This document shows positions 10,255-20,222 of a stretch of 56,048 nucleotides of DNA, in pieces. The notes below the pieces were generated by a model that saw nothing but the letters and a program-made list of their open reading frames with translations, was not told the origin of the DNA and did not search any database. Position 1 is the stretch's first letter. Each line of letters begins with the position of its first letter. Both the position numbers and the translations under genes were made by a program. The stretch is from an uncultured bacterium. Its GTDB lineage: Bacteria > CAYUVA01. The stretch lies in contig CAYUVA010000030.1 of the NCBI GenBank assembly GCA_964448115.1, forward strand, positions 1-56,048, in the 5' to 3' direction.

Positions 10255-10283
10255 ATACTATTTCCATGATACGCTTTTGTCAA
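10255..10283 (-). promoter_or_regulatory. Sigma70-type promoter of the lipoprotein gene
   Basis: Minus strand TTGACA-N17-TAGTAT, ending 27 nt upstream of ATG 10228. Confidence 0.6.
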
Positions 10284-10310
10284 ATCAAACTTGCATTGTA
10301 GATCCATACC

Positions 10311-11648
10311 TTATCTCAAGCTCGATGCGATCCCTAGGATCTTATCAAGCATTTCGTCTGCCATCATCTCCCATGAGCGCTGGCTTGCCATCTGTTTTCC
10401 CTTGGGGTTGGATCCCTGTTCAAGTGCCTTCTTGCACTTCTGGAGATATTCCTCCTTGTTAAAGGCAATATGCACAACATCTTTGTAAAAGCGGATAACA
10501 TCCGGCACATCAGTGGAGACGATCGCTTTGTCTGCTGCTAGGTACTCGAGCACCTTGACCGGGTGGATGGACCTAGTTGCGGGATTGATCAGGTAGGGCA
10601 AGAGACACACATCGAATGCCTTGAGATAGGAAGGCAGCGCCTGGTAATCCTTCAATCCAAGATAATAGATATTAGGCAAGTCTTCACCAACCTTAAAATC
10701 AGGATCGCATGCGGGGTCATTGATCATAACCTTAAGAGGGGACTTGAATCTAGCTAGAACATAATTTCTCTGCACCGGTCCTACTAGCACTATGCTCCAC
10801 TGGGGCATGGACCTGGCAAGAAATACCAAAAGTTCTCCATCCAACCTCTCGTTTACCGATCCCATGTATCCTAAGATGGGACGGGGTATCTTAGCGATAT
10901 CCTCTGGTAACTCTAGGTTTTCTTGGGTTACAGATGCGAAATGCTCGAAATCGACTCCACAGGGGATATAGAATATCCTCTGGTGGTATCTTTTGTATTT
11001 CTCGAATAACCAGCTTGTGCCAGTAAAGACCAGGTTCGCAGCCTTAAGCAGCCTCTTCTCCATCGCGACAGCGGCTGCCGGTATCCAGTCATAGGCGGTG
11101 TAGTCATCGATGATATCATACAATAGAAGTTTCTCTCCTAGCCCATGCGCCAGGAAGTCTGACATAGGATCATTGGTATAAAGGCAGTATCGTTGGATAT
11201 TGTGTGAGACAATAACTTCCCTGATATAAGCTCGCAGCAGCGCATTGTTGAGCCTTCGGGTGAGCATGGCTGATCGCTCGCCGGGAAAGATCAACCGGCG
11301 ATGCACCTTGATGCCGCTTTTATGTTCTAATATCCTCTCTCTCCTAAACTTAAAGATGCCATCCAATACATGATGTAAGGGGATTGGCGAGAAATATATC
11401 GTCTCGTACTTTTCAGCCAGTCGTGCAGCCAAATGCTGCGGTCTTTGCCACACACCACCCCACTTGACCATCGGGTACAGGATGAAAGCCATCGATGGTT
11501 TATCTTTGCTTAGACCAGGTCGTGATTGGTATAGGCGAAACCTGATCATCTCAAAAGGGATCTTCCATGCGCTATACACAAGCAGGCATAATGATGCCAT
11601 TAACAGCTTTGCTACACTCCGAAGATCAGCGATAGGTTTGCCCATCAT
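10311..11648 (-). CDS. GT-B glycosyltransferase (GT4, TuaH-like)
   Basis: WQRPQHLA, LYDIIDD, IPCGVDFEHF, FDVCLLPY...PVKVLEYLAA.K.IVST motifs. Confidence 0.88.
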   Translation of the reverse strand: MMGKPIADLRSVAKLLMASLCLLVYSAWKIPFEMIRFRLYQSRPGLSKDKPSMAFILYPMVKWGGVWQRPQHLAARLAEKYETIYFSPIPLHHVLDGIFKFRRERILEHKSGIKVHRRLIFPGERSAMLTRRLNNALLRAYIREVIVSHNIQRYCLYTNDPMSDFLAHGLGEKLLLYDIIDDYTAYDWIPAAAVAMEKRLLKAANLVFTGTSWLFEKYKRYHQRIFYIPCGVDFEHFASVTQENLELPEDIAKIPRPILGYMGSVNERLDGELLVFLARSMPQWSIVLVGPVQRNYVLARFKSPLKVMINDPACDPDFKVGEDLPNIYYLGLKDYQALPSYLKAFDVCLLPYLINPATRSIHPVKVLEYLAADKAIVSTDVPDVIRFYKDVVHIAFNKEEYLQKCKKALEQGSNPKGKQMASQRSWEMMADEMLDKILGIASSLR

Positions 11649-11662
11649 AGCGCCAGAAGATG

Positions 11663-12958
11663 CTATTCTCTCCCCTCCAGGCGATCAGCCAACCGCTTTC
11701 CAGCCATTAGCGCATGATCCATGTTATAGTACTCCCACTCTGCGTATCTGCCCAAGAGATGTATATCGTATTTGGTGAAAAAAGTTCGACAGGCTTTTAC
11801 CCGCTCGGCTCGGTCGTGGGTATAGATAACATAGCCCCAGGGAATATCGACTATATCGGTTACGATAACCTGTGATGGGGTCTGTATGAAGCCGCATCGA
11901 ATCAGGTCCTGGATGCTGCGCTCGATTATGCTCTTTCGGTCTATCGGCTTGCGCTTGGAGTAGGTGATCTCGTTGGTAAAGGAGAAACATCCCGGCGGGC
12001 AGCAATACGGGGATGCGTTTCCTTGCACGAAGATGCGCTGGGTCAAGAATTCAGGCTCCGGGTAATAGACCCAATGCTTCTCGGTGCAGTGCGGCTCTTT
12101 GACCCCGATATTGGCGCAAATAACCGAGGTCGTCTCCAAGCCCCGGGCAGCCTGCCTAACCTCTTCAGGGGTTCCTTGAGCCATATTGACCAGCTCAGGA
12201 AGCGGAACCGTGGATATAAGCCTATCATAGCCGATCTCATCACTATCATTGATCCGAACGGTCTTATTCTTAAGGTCGATTGCAGTTACCTCAGCCTTCA
12301 CCTTGAATTGTTTAATCTTGGTCATCATTGCCTTGACCAGCGCCTCGCAGCCACCTCTCAGAGGATAGCCGAACCAGCTATTGGGACCGAGGTTCTTTGC
12401 ATGGCGGCGCAATGCCCCATCAACGACCTCCTCCATGGTTGGATTGGGAACTCTCTCAAGCAACCAGTCGCAGGCGATCTGCTCCAATGGATATGCCCAG
12501 ACCTTGTTATTATAGGGGATCATGAAGTGTTCGGCGATTCCGTTGCCAAAGGTATGGTAGATCCACTCCTTGAAGTTTGTCGGCTTCTTGTCGTTATACT
12601 TCAACCTTGCCTCGAAGAATCCGACCAGGCATTGCTTGACCACCTCAATCGGCAATCCGTAAGTGTTTGCCTGGAATGGATAGCGGGTGAAGGTCGCCTT
12701 TGAGTAGATGAATGACTCACGATACTGGATGTGGTAATTATCCTTGAGCAGCTCCTCAAGGAATGCCTTTATGTATGGTATCTTGGTGAAGAAAATGTGC
12801 CCAGCCAGGTCGAAAGTGAAGCCATCGATCAGCTTGCTTCTCATCAAGCCACCCGGCTTGTCCTCCTTCTCCAAGAGAATATAGTCTGAATCCTCAAGAT
12901 GGTATGCGCAACCCAAGCCTGCCGGACCGGAGCCGATTATCACTATGTCCTTTTTCAT
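11663..12958 (-). CDS. FAD-dependent oxidoreductase, UDP-galactopyranose mutase-like (amine oxidase/HemY superfamily)
   Basis: IIGSGPAGL dinucleotide-binding motif; GFTFDLAGHIFF; YPFQ; W..ERV; GPN.WFGYP..GG; GRYAEWEYYNMDH. Directly upstream of a glycosyltransferase. Confidence 0.8.
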   Translation of the reverse strand: MKKDIVIIGSGPAGLGCAYHLEDSDYILLEKEDKPGGLMRSKLIDGFTFDLAGHIFFTKIPYIKAFLEELLKDNYHIQYRESFIYSKATFTRYPFQANTYGLPIEVVKQCLVGFFEARLKYNDKKPTNFKEWIYHTFGNGIAEHFMIPYNNKVWAYPLEQIACDWLLERVPNPTMEEVVDGALRRHAKNLGPNSWFGYPLRGGCEALVKAMMTKIKQFKVKAEVTAIDLKNKTVRINDSDEIGYDRLISTVPLPELVNMAQGTPEEVRQAARGLETTSVICANIGVKEPHCTEKHWVYYPEPEFLTQRIFVQGNASPYCCPPGCFSFTNEITYSKRKPIDRKSIIERSIQDLIRCGFIQTPSQVIVTDIVDIPWGYVIYTHDRAERVKACRTFFTKYDIHLLGRYAEWEYYNMDHALMAGKRLADRLEGRE

Positions 12959-13081
12959 TTACATTCCCTTTGTCTCTTAGGCGATCCAATTATTTTTGAA
13001 CAGCCCTATAATATGATAGGGTGCGCTCGTAAAATTACAACCTTGAAAAGGGAAAAATATCGCTGGTTATCGGGGTTGATG

Positions 13082-13621
13082 CTATCGCTCTATGCCTAGC
13101 CTGGCTGCGATACCGCTGTCGTAGTAGTGCTTGACGAGACGCATCTCGGTAACCAGATCCGCAGCCTCGATGATACGAGGATCAGCGTACCTACCGGTTA
13201 AGACCAGCTCCATCCCATCCGGTTTGCCTCTCATTAGCTCAAGCACCTCTTCACAGGGGATAAGCCCAAAGTCAACCGCAACATTTATCTCGTCGAGCAC
13301 GACAATATCGTACTCTCCGCTTGCCATGGCTTGTTTGCAGCTATCAAATGCTTGTTGAGCAAGGCGGATATCCTCGGCATCCGGGTTATCCTTACTTACG
13401 AAGGTTTCCCTGCCTCCCTGGAGGACAATTATCAGTCCGGGCAGGTATTTTTGGGCAGTAAGTTCACCATATTCGAGGTTTCCCTTCATAAAGTGCATGA
13501 TGAAGCTGCGCAGCCCATGCCCGGCAGCCCTTAGCGCAAGCCCCAGGGCAGCGGTGGTCTTGCCCTTTCCATCGCCGGTATAGACATGTATGTATCCCTT
13601 CCCGAGATCAGCCTTGGTCAT
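13082..13621 (-). CDS. cobO: Cob(I)yrinic acid a,c-diamide adenosyltransferase (CobO/BtuR)
   Basis: VYTGDGKGKTTAALG, VLDEIN, LVLTGR, ADLVTEM...KHYY...A..GIE signature motifs. Confidence 0.95.
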   Translation of the reverse strand: MTKADLGKGYIHVYTGDGKGKTTAALGLALRAAGHGLRSFIMHFMKGNLEYGELTAQKYLPGLIIVLQGGRETFVSKDNPDAEDIRLAQQAFDSCKQAMASGEYDIVVLDEINVAVDFGLIPCEEVLELMRGKPDGMELVLTGRYADPRIIEAADLVTEMRLVKHYYDSGIAARLGIER

Positions 13622-13624
13622 TAT

Positions 13625-13653
13625 TCACCTGTGCTCACCTGTGTCATCCGTGG
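13625..13653 (+). repeat. Short tandem repeat TCACCTGTG x2 plus TCATCCGTGG
   Basis: Direct reading: tcacctgtg c tcacctgtg tcatccgtgg, immediately upstream of cobO. Confidence 0.6.
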
Positions 13654-13765
13654 ATATTCCCTCTCCCAACTATAAATAATTGTTCATTCAAGTTCAACTT
13701 TTGAAGATACAACTGTTTCCTGGTATGTTTCAACTCGATGAACCATCAAGCAAGGAGCTTCAAAG

Positions 13766-15862
13766 TTGAGTCTGGATAAGCTGTTTTACCCGCAGAGCAT
13801 AGCCATCATCGGAGCATCGGAGCGTGAAGATAACCTGGCGCGGATAGTACTTCGCAACCTCAAGGATTACAATTTCAAGGGCAAGGTTTTCGCAGTGGGC
13901 AGAGAAGAGGGGGAGGTTTATGGCTATCATATACATACGAACATCCTCAGTCTCCCACAACCTATTGACTTTGCCACCATAATGACCCCTGCCAAGATAG
14001 TGCCTGATACAATGGAATTATGCGCCCAGGCGGGAGTCAAGGCGGTTCATATAGCTACCGGCGGCTTCGGCGAGTATTCGGAAAAAAGCAAGGCGCTGGA
14101 AGACCGGATCTTACAAATAGCCAGGGACAACCGGATGCGGATCATCGGTCCCAATTGCCTTGGGGTGGTAAACAACGAGAACGGCTTGGTTACGCCTTTC
14201 GTTGTCCTCTGGCGTCCACCATTGGGTGGCGTGTCTATCATAGCACAGAGCGGGGGCGTTGGGCTTTGCTATGTACAGGGCTTGCACAACAATAATGTCG
14301 GCATCAACAAGTTCGCCAGCGTAGGGAATAAGCTCGATGTCGATGAGGTGGATCTGCTGCGCTATTTCATCGATGATGAGGGTACAAAGGTCATCGTTAT
14401 GTACCTGGAGAGCATAGAAAGAGGCGAGGAGTTCCTTGAGCTTGCGGCATCCACCGACAAGCAGATCATTATCCAGAAGGCAAACTGCTTCCCTGAAACC
14501 TCAACTATGGCGCGTTCGCATACCGCAGCCGTCTCCAACGACGATGACATATTCAGCGCAGCGCTCAGGCAGTACGGCGTGCTTCGGGCTTACGACCTCA
14601 GGGAGGTCTTCGATATGGTCAAGCTATCGCTGCTGCCCAAGTTCAATGGTAAGAAGGTGGGAATTATCTCTCGTTCCGGTGGACATGCGGTCATAGCCAC
14701 CGATTTTATCAAGAAAATAGGCTTCGAGATGCCCCGCTTTCCAGAGCATATAAAAAAGATAGCCTCGAAAAGCATGATGGCTGATATCCTGCACCTCGAT
14801 AATCCAATGGACCTAGGCACTCTCTTCATACCCCGCATGTACACCAAGATCCTTCATGAATCAGTTAAATGCGGGGTATTCGACCTGATTTTGTACATGA
14901 TATCGTACAACAGCGAGCCAGAGTGGGAGTCGGAGTTTTTAGACGAGACAGCGGTAAAAGTTATGCTGGAGCGCTATGACCTGCCCATCGTGGTCGGACT
15001 TATCCCTTTTGTTCGCGATTATCATTCCATTGCGCAGAAGATACCCTTTCCCATCTTCGACGATACTGAGGCAGCCATCCTGGCGATCAAGCATATCTAC
15101 GATGCGGGAGTTGCAAAGAGGATGCTCCTCAAGGCAAATCCAGTCGATTATTCTATTGATATAAAGGCAGCCAATGCGATCCTCGATGAGCTTGTTGAGA
15201 ATAACTTGCAACCGAACCTTGTAGATTCGATACGCATCTTCGAGGCTTACGGCATCCAGTTTCCAAGCTATGAGTATGCCCAAACCAGGGATCAGGTTGA
15301 GCGCTGCATGTCAAGGCTCGTGCCACCGCTTGCCTTGAAGTTGGTCTCAAGGAAACTGATTCACAAGACCGAGGTCAAAGGGGTGAAGCTGGGGGTTCAT
15401 AGCCTGGATGAAGCGCTTGATTTCTGGGATGAGATGCAACGAACCATCCCAAGAAATGGAAACGATGATGCCTTTGATGGCTTACTCCTCCAGGAGATGG
15501 CTGGTAGCGACAGCCTGGAGCTGATAATCGGATCCAAACGCGATCCCTACTTCGGTCCCGTGGTCATGGTCGGCATGGGGGGGATCTTCGTGGAGGCGCT
15601 AAAGGATGTTGCTTATGGCATAGCACCACTTTCAGAGGAATACAGCCGGCATTTACTGGAGGGTCTGCGTAGCGCCAGGTTGATGGAGGACTTCCGGGAT
15701 AAAAAGGCGAGGGACAAGGCATCAATAGCCGAAACTATGGCTCGGCTCTCTTGGTTGTTAAAGAACCATCCCCAGATAACAGAAGCGGAGATCAATCCCT
15801 ACTTGTCATACAGTCAGGGAAAAGGTGGATTGGCGGTCGATGCTCGTATATTACTGGATTGA
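13766..15862 (+). CDS. Acetate/acyl-CoA ligase (ADP-forming), fused alpha-beta
   Basis: CoA-binding PQSIAIIGAS; IIGPNCLG; AQSGGVG; SVGNKLD; SHTA phospho-His; ATP-grasp HKTEVKGV, RDPYFGPVVMVGMGG, EINP, VDARI. TTG start after AAGGAG. Confidence 0.92.
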   Translation: MSLDKLFYPQSIAIIGASEREDNLARIVLRNLKDYNFKGKVFAVGREEGEVYGYHIHTNILSLPQPIDFATIMTPAKIVPDTMELCAQAGVKAVHIATGGFGEYSEKSKALEDRILQIARDNRMRIIGPNCLGVVNNENGLVTPFVVLWRPPLGGVSIIAQSGGVGLCYVQGLHNNNVGINKFASVGNKLDVDEVDLLRYFIDDEGTKVIVMYLESIERGEEFLELAASTDKQIIIQKANCFPETSTMARSHTAAVSNDDDIFSAALRQYGVLRAYDLREVFDMVKLSLLPKFNGKKVGIISRSGGHAVIATDFIKKIGFEMPRFPEHIKKIASKSMMADILHLDNPMDLGTLFIPRMYTKILHESVKCGVFDLILYMISYNSEPEWESEFLDETAVKVMLERYDLPIVVGLIPFVRDYHSIAQKIPFPIFDDTEAAILAIKHIYDAGVAKRMLLKANPVDYSIDIKAANAILDELVENNLQPNLVDSIRIFEAYGIQFPSYEYAQTRDQVERCMSRLVPPLALKLVSRKLIHKTEVKGVKLGVHSLDEALDFWDEMQRTIPRNGNDDAFDGLLLQEMAGSDSLELIIGSKRDPYFGPVVMVGMGGIFVEALKDVAYGIAPLSEEYSRHLLEGLRSARLMEDFRDKKARDKASIAETMARLSWLLKNHPQITEAEINPYLSYSQGKGGLAVDARILLD

Positions 15863-15957
15863 TCATGCTGCGCTAAAAGAGAGGAGTATAGAGGAAATAG
15901 CAGCTTGATCAGTATGCAGCCTTAATCAAGTTTTTGTCTTATATCCTTTTCGGTAAG

Positions 15958-16317
15958 CTACTTTAGGGGCTTGCCGATCGGGATAATTATCATTGACTTC
16001 TTCTCGTCGTACTCCACAGGGAACTTCTTTTTAATCACCCGGTTGGCGATCTCATAGTAGTAGATGAAAGACTTGCCGTGGATGGAAAGGCTTCCCTGTA
16101 TATTCTGTATCCGATAGCTATTCTTCTTCTTCTCGTTGCTAAGGTAGATCCCGATCAGATCCTTTTCTCGGTCATACATAAGCACTGCGTACTTGTACTG
16201 GTCAAGACCATGTTTCTTGACGCAGGCACTATTGATGCCTATTTGCCCGTTGGAGCGGATAGAAGCTCTTGGTTCAAAGGATCTTCTGATCTTTGTGAAC
16301 TCCTCGAATGTCATCAA
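15958..16317 (-). CDS. Hypothetical basic protein, possibly AbrB-like swapped-hairpin DNA-binding fold
   Basis: AGGAGG RBS; ASIRSNGQIGIN...KHGL...AVLMYD...LIGI pattern; Lys/Arg-rich. Confidence 0.7.
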   Translation of the reverse strand: MMTFEEFTKIRRSFEPRASIRSNGQIGINSACVKKHGLDQYKYAVLMYDREKDLIGIYLSNEKKKNSYRIQNIQGSLSIHGKSFIYYYEIANRVIKKKFPVEYDEKKSMIIIPIGKPLK

Positions 16318-16384
16318 TACCTCCTAGTTGAGTAATTAATCCTGTTGATATTTATGTATAGAAAACCTATCCATTTTCATCTTA

Positions 16385-16418
16385 AATATAAGGTATTATA
16401 ATCTTTTGTCAATGTCAA
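16385..16418 (-). promoter_or_regulatory. Candidate promoter(s) with tandem TTGACA for the 119-aa gene
   Basis: Minus strand TTGACATTGACA followed by TACCTT (17-nt spacer from first hexamer) and TATATT (16-nt spacer from second), in an AT-rich divergent spacer. Confidence 0.4.
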
Positions 16419-16654
16419 GCAAAATGCAATGTATCTTTCTTATTAAATCAAATATACCATAAAATTTCCATATTGCAGGGATATCCTTATAAATCAGAAA
16501 GTTTGCCTAACAATAACTATTTACTTCAATGATATTTTAAAGCCCAATAATTTATGCTTCATTTAGAATATTGCTATCAACAAACCATTTTTTAAAAAAG
16601 GCTAAGATGCTATCAAGGTTGAAAATCGTGTATATTTGGATTAAAGATCCCTCG

Positions 16655-18025
16655 ATGAAGATAGCATTTATATTCCCCAGGCTGAAGTATCCCTCTGGCG
16701 ATCCGCCGGTGGGTATGGCTCTGCTGAGCAGGATTTCCTATCAGAAACTAGGCAAGCCGCCACTGGTGCTCGATACAACCTTTTATAAACGCCCACACGA
16801 AATTATAAAGCAAAGATTGGAAGAGTTCAAACCCGATCTAGTCGGCATCTCACTGATGACCACCATGCTAACCGATGCCCTGCAAGTCGCCAAGTTGATA
16901 AAGGTTATCCTGCCTGGCAGCAAGGTTCTGCTCGGCGGACCGCACCCTACCATAGCGCCGCATGAGACCTTGTCCGAGCCGGCGGTAGATGCGGTAGCTA
17001 TTGGTGAAGGAGAGGAAATTATCTCCGATATTATCGAGAACGATATTGATTTTGAGAATATTAAGGGGATCACATATAGAAAAGGCAACCAGATAATATC
17101 CAACCCTCCAGCTCCGGTAATTTCGGACTTGTCGCAGTTACCGCTGCCAGCCTGGGAGCTTTTTCCGATGCAGGATTACTTCAACAATTGGTTCCAGTTG
17201 GACTGCATATCGCTCAATTTACGAGGAACAACTGTCATTGCCTCGCGGGGCTGTCCCTTCAATTGCTCGTTTTGCCAGCCGACACTGAACAAGATATTCG
17301 GCAAGAAGCTCAGGTTAAGGGAGCCTGGGTCAATAAAAAAGGAGCTTGAATACCTCATAGATCGCTTCGATATTAACGCCTTTGCCTTCCAGGATGATAC
17401 CTTCACGGTGAACAAGGACTGGATCTATCAGGTATGCGACATGCTCGACACGCTCCCCAGGCGCCTAGTATGGAGCTGCAATGCTCGTGCTGACCTGGTC
17501 GATGAGCAGCTATTTACGCGGATGAAGGAGTCAGGTCTTTCCAAGGTGGCAATCGGTATGGAATCAGGCTCACAAAGGGTGCTAGATGAGATCTACTACA
17601 AGGGAATAACCCTGTCCGATATAGAGAGAAGCGTGGAGATCTGCAAGCGTCTGAAACTCAAGGTGCAGGGATTCTTTATGCTCGGCGCTCCCACCGAGAC
17701 AAAAAGGGAGATAAATCACACCATCTCCTATGCCACCGGACTAGATATCGACGATGCATCTTTCAGCATCACCACTCCCTTATATCACACGCATCTTTAC
17801 GAGATATCGAAGAAATTCATCGCCAGGGAACTCAAGGACTTCGATTATTATAAGACCTCGGTCTATCATCATCCATCGGTGCTATCACCACGGATGCTGT
17901 CTTATCTGAAAAAGAAGGCTTTCTTCTCATTCTACTTCCACCCAAAACGATTGCCGGCGACCATCAAACTGTTTACCTCAAACGCGGGATTAAGAAAGAC
18001 ATTCTTGAAATTGAAAAGATTGTGA
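16655..18025 (+). CDS. Cobalamin-binding radical SAM protein
   Basis: MKIAFIFP (start moved from 16571 to the ATG matching the paralog N-termini); PPVGMALL; LGGPHPT; GEGE; ASRGCPFNCSFC; DDTF; GMESGS. Confidence 0.92.
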   Translation: MKIAFIFPRLKYPSGDPPVGMALLSRISYQKLGKPPLVLDTTFYKRPHEIIKQRLEEFKPDLVGISLMTTMLTDALQVAKLIKVILPGSKVLLGGPHPTIAPHETLSEPAVDAVAIGEGEEIISDIIENDIDFENIKGITYRKGNQIISNPPAPVISDLSQLPLPAWELFPMQDYFNNWFQLDCISLNLRGTTVIASRGCPFNCSFCQPTLNKIFGKKLRLREPGSIKKELEYLIDRFDINAFAFQDDTFTVNKDWIYQVCDMLDTLPRRLVWSCNARADLVDEQLFTRMKESGLSKVAIGMESGSQRVLDEIYYKGITLSDIERSVEICKRLKLKVQGFFMLGAPTETKREINHTISYATGLDIDDASFSITTPLYHTHLYEISKKFIARELKDFDYYKTSVYHHPSVLSPRMLSYLKKKAFFSFYFHPKRLPATIKLFTSNAGLRKTFLKLKRL

Positions 18026-18077
18026 AAACTATATATGATATGATTTATCTAATAGGAATAGTGGGGAGTAATAGATC

Positions 18078-18704
18078 ATGCAAATGGTAATTGAGTTCGT
18101 AACCTGGAACCTGTTTCTGCTTGGGATCATCTCTTTTGTCCTGATGTTTGTTCGTTTGTGGGTCAACGCGCGTCTAGCCACCAGAGCAAGGAAGAATTAC
18201 GAGAAGCTCATCGATGATATTGAATTCGTTACCCGCGACTTTCATCGCATACTGGAAGGCAAGAGACCACGCGAGATCGACCATTTCCTGTTCACTGAGA
18301 TCCGCCGGCGAAACAAATTGGCACATAAACATAGCAGATTCTCTCATGATGCTGCCCGGAAGCTGTTCAAGCTATACATGGAGGCAAAGCAGGTTGGTAG
18401 AGAGAACGATGCTGAGGTTTATGTCAAGGAAAAATTCGAGCATCAAAAGTCAAGGATGATCAACCAAAAGGTCTATTATGATCATGTAGTTAACGCTCAA
18501 AGCCCCGCATTCTTTGGATTATCCTATGGACTTATCTTTTCGCTTGCGATAACTATTATCTCCTATCGATACGGTGTGATACTAGGTCCCCTGAGGTTCG
18601 CATTAAGTGGTCTTGGGATCATTCTTATAGTCCTGGAAATGATATTGGGCAGGAAAAGGGAAAAGAAAGCAAAGAAAATCAAGATTCAAAAAAAGAAAAA
18701 ATAG
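18078..18704 (+). CDS. Hypothetical membrane protein (3 TM segments, Lys-rich tail)
   Basis: GGGGAG RBS; one N-terminal and two C-terminal hydrophobic segments. Confidence 0.75.
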   Translation: MQMVIEFVTWNLFLLGIISFVLMFVRLWVNARLATRARKNYEKLIDDIEFVTRDFHRILEGKRPREIDHFLFTEIRRRNKLAHKHSRFSHDAARKLFKLYMEAKQVGRENDAEVYVKEKFEHQKSRMINQKVYYDHVVNAQSPAFFGLSYGLIFSLAITIISYRYGVILGPLRFALSGLGIILIVLEMILGRKREKKAKKIKIQKKKK

Positions 18705-18866
18705 TAGCTTCTACGATCGCCTCGGCAACCTGGGTAGGCTGGAGCAGCTTCCCTAGCATATAGCAAATGTCCAGACTTGATCTCATGTTTGATATTTTAT
18801 TGTATGACCCGAATAGTATAGATGACACTCCAAGATGATCTGACATTGGCACTTTCAAACTGTACC

Positions 18867-20206
18867 CTAATACCGGTTGATGATCATTTCAGTATTCCAG
18901 GCGCCATCGGGGTGCTCTACGATGACCAGGGCATCAAGCCCGCACTTGTTTACTCCATGATAGTGCACCATGATCCTGTCCGGCTCGGTGAAATCCTTTA
19001 TGAAGCTGACCGCCACAACCTTCATCCTTAGCAGCACAGAAGAATGTGAGAAGCTCCGCTGCGCGATCGGCTCCGGGTTGTTCCCCGCCAGGATCTTGAT
19101 GGTCGCCATGTCGGAGCCGCTCAAGCCCTGGTTAAAGAACCAGAAGACCGCCTGGTAGCGCATCCCTTGCTCAAGGTAATCGATGTCGCCGGAGTTGTAC
19201 ATAATGCCGTTGCCGTCTGATGGCTGCGCCTCCCAGTAGGCATCCTGAGACATATCATCGGTGTTCTCAGTTGTAGTGCCGTTGTCGTTGGATGGCCTAC
19301 TGCCGATAACAATGCCCCCGCGGCTGCGCTCGCCCTCCAGTATCCAAAACCGCCAACCCTCGAAGAAATACAGGTTAAGAAAGTGGCAGTAGGTGATGTT
19401 GAAGCTCTGCCCGTGCCCCAGGTTCCACTTGCCGTCATGGTTTACATCAACGATGACGCTTCGGTTGATCACCTGGTCGTAATACATGGGATCGAGCAGC
19501 GCCTGGTGATACCTTTCATGCGATGCGAATGGGGATACGCGGTCGCGCTGGCTCGCTATCCAGACCACATCCTTCCTGAAGCCCTGGTTCACGATGTTAT
19601 TGTACAGGTCGAACCTGAGCCATTCTTGAGGATTATCCCAGGGCGCACCACCAATCAGGTCCTCGGTTGGCGGCATGATATAAAGACCGACCAGACCGGC
19701 AGTGGTCAGATCCGCGGGCAGCGAGTCGAGCGCCAAAACATCGATGAAATCCCTGGTGTGCGAATAGAATACCGCCCCGCTGGCACCGCCGCAGGATCCC
19801 CAGTTTACCACCTGCTTGAAATCGGGGTTCAGGTTTGGTGCCTGCTTGAGATAGTCGAAGGCGAGATCTGCCATCCAAGCCCCCCAGCGCCCGGTATGGC
19901 ACGGCGGTGCAGGCTCGCCCGTCCCGCTCCACAGGTTGTCCTCGGCAAATGCGAGGATGTCCTCGATCTGCTGCCCGATGGGGAGATCTAGTATCTTTGT
20001 CCAAGAATCGCCATTATACTTGACCACTACACCGCCGCTGCCGGCTGCATAGATGAGTTGAGGATTGACCGCGCTGATGGCGAAGAGCGAATGACAGGTG
20101 CCGGAGGGCATCAGTTGCCAGTGTGAACCCTGCGCAGAGGCTGCTAATAAAAAAGTAGCAATAGCAGCCACAGGGCTAAACAGCTTCTATCGATTGTAGT
20201 ACTCAT
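18867..20206 (-). pseudogene. Secreted protein gene with an apparent frameshift in its signal-peptide T6 run (propeller-like N-terminus, hydrolase-like middle)
   Basis: ATG 20206 reads MSTTIDRSCLALWLLLLLFY-stop. One extra T in the run at 20149-20154 would join it to the 434-aa ORF (18867..20171). It could instead be an intact CDS from GTG 20171. Confidence 0.5.
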
Positions 20207-20222
20207 TAAACTGGCATTATAA

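Noticed and set aside
12023-12703. 226-aa plus-strand ORF, and similar long antisense ORFs at 6111, 19383, 21291 and 37160
   Set aside because: They lie wholly antisense to well-supported genes and have no motifs; shadow ORFs.
13003-13021. CCCTAT-N6-ATAGGG palindrome between cobO and the flavoprotein gene
   Set aside because: 6-bp arms and no U tract; too weak to call an operator or terminator.
13622-13765. Cobalamin or SAM riboswitch upstream of cobO, metV or the B12 radical SAM genes
   Set aside because: No B12-box or S-box core recognised, and most of these spacers are too short.
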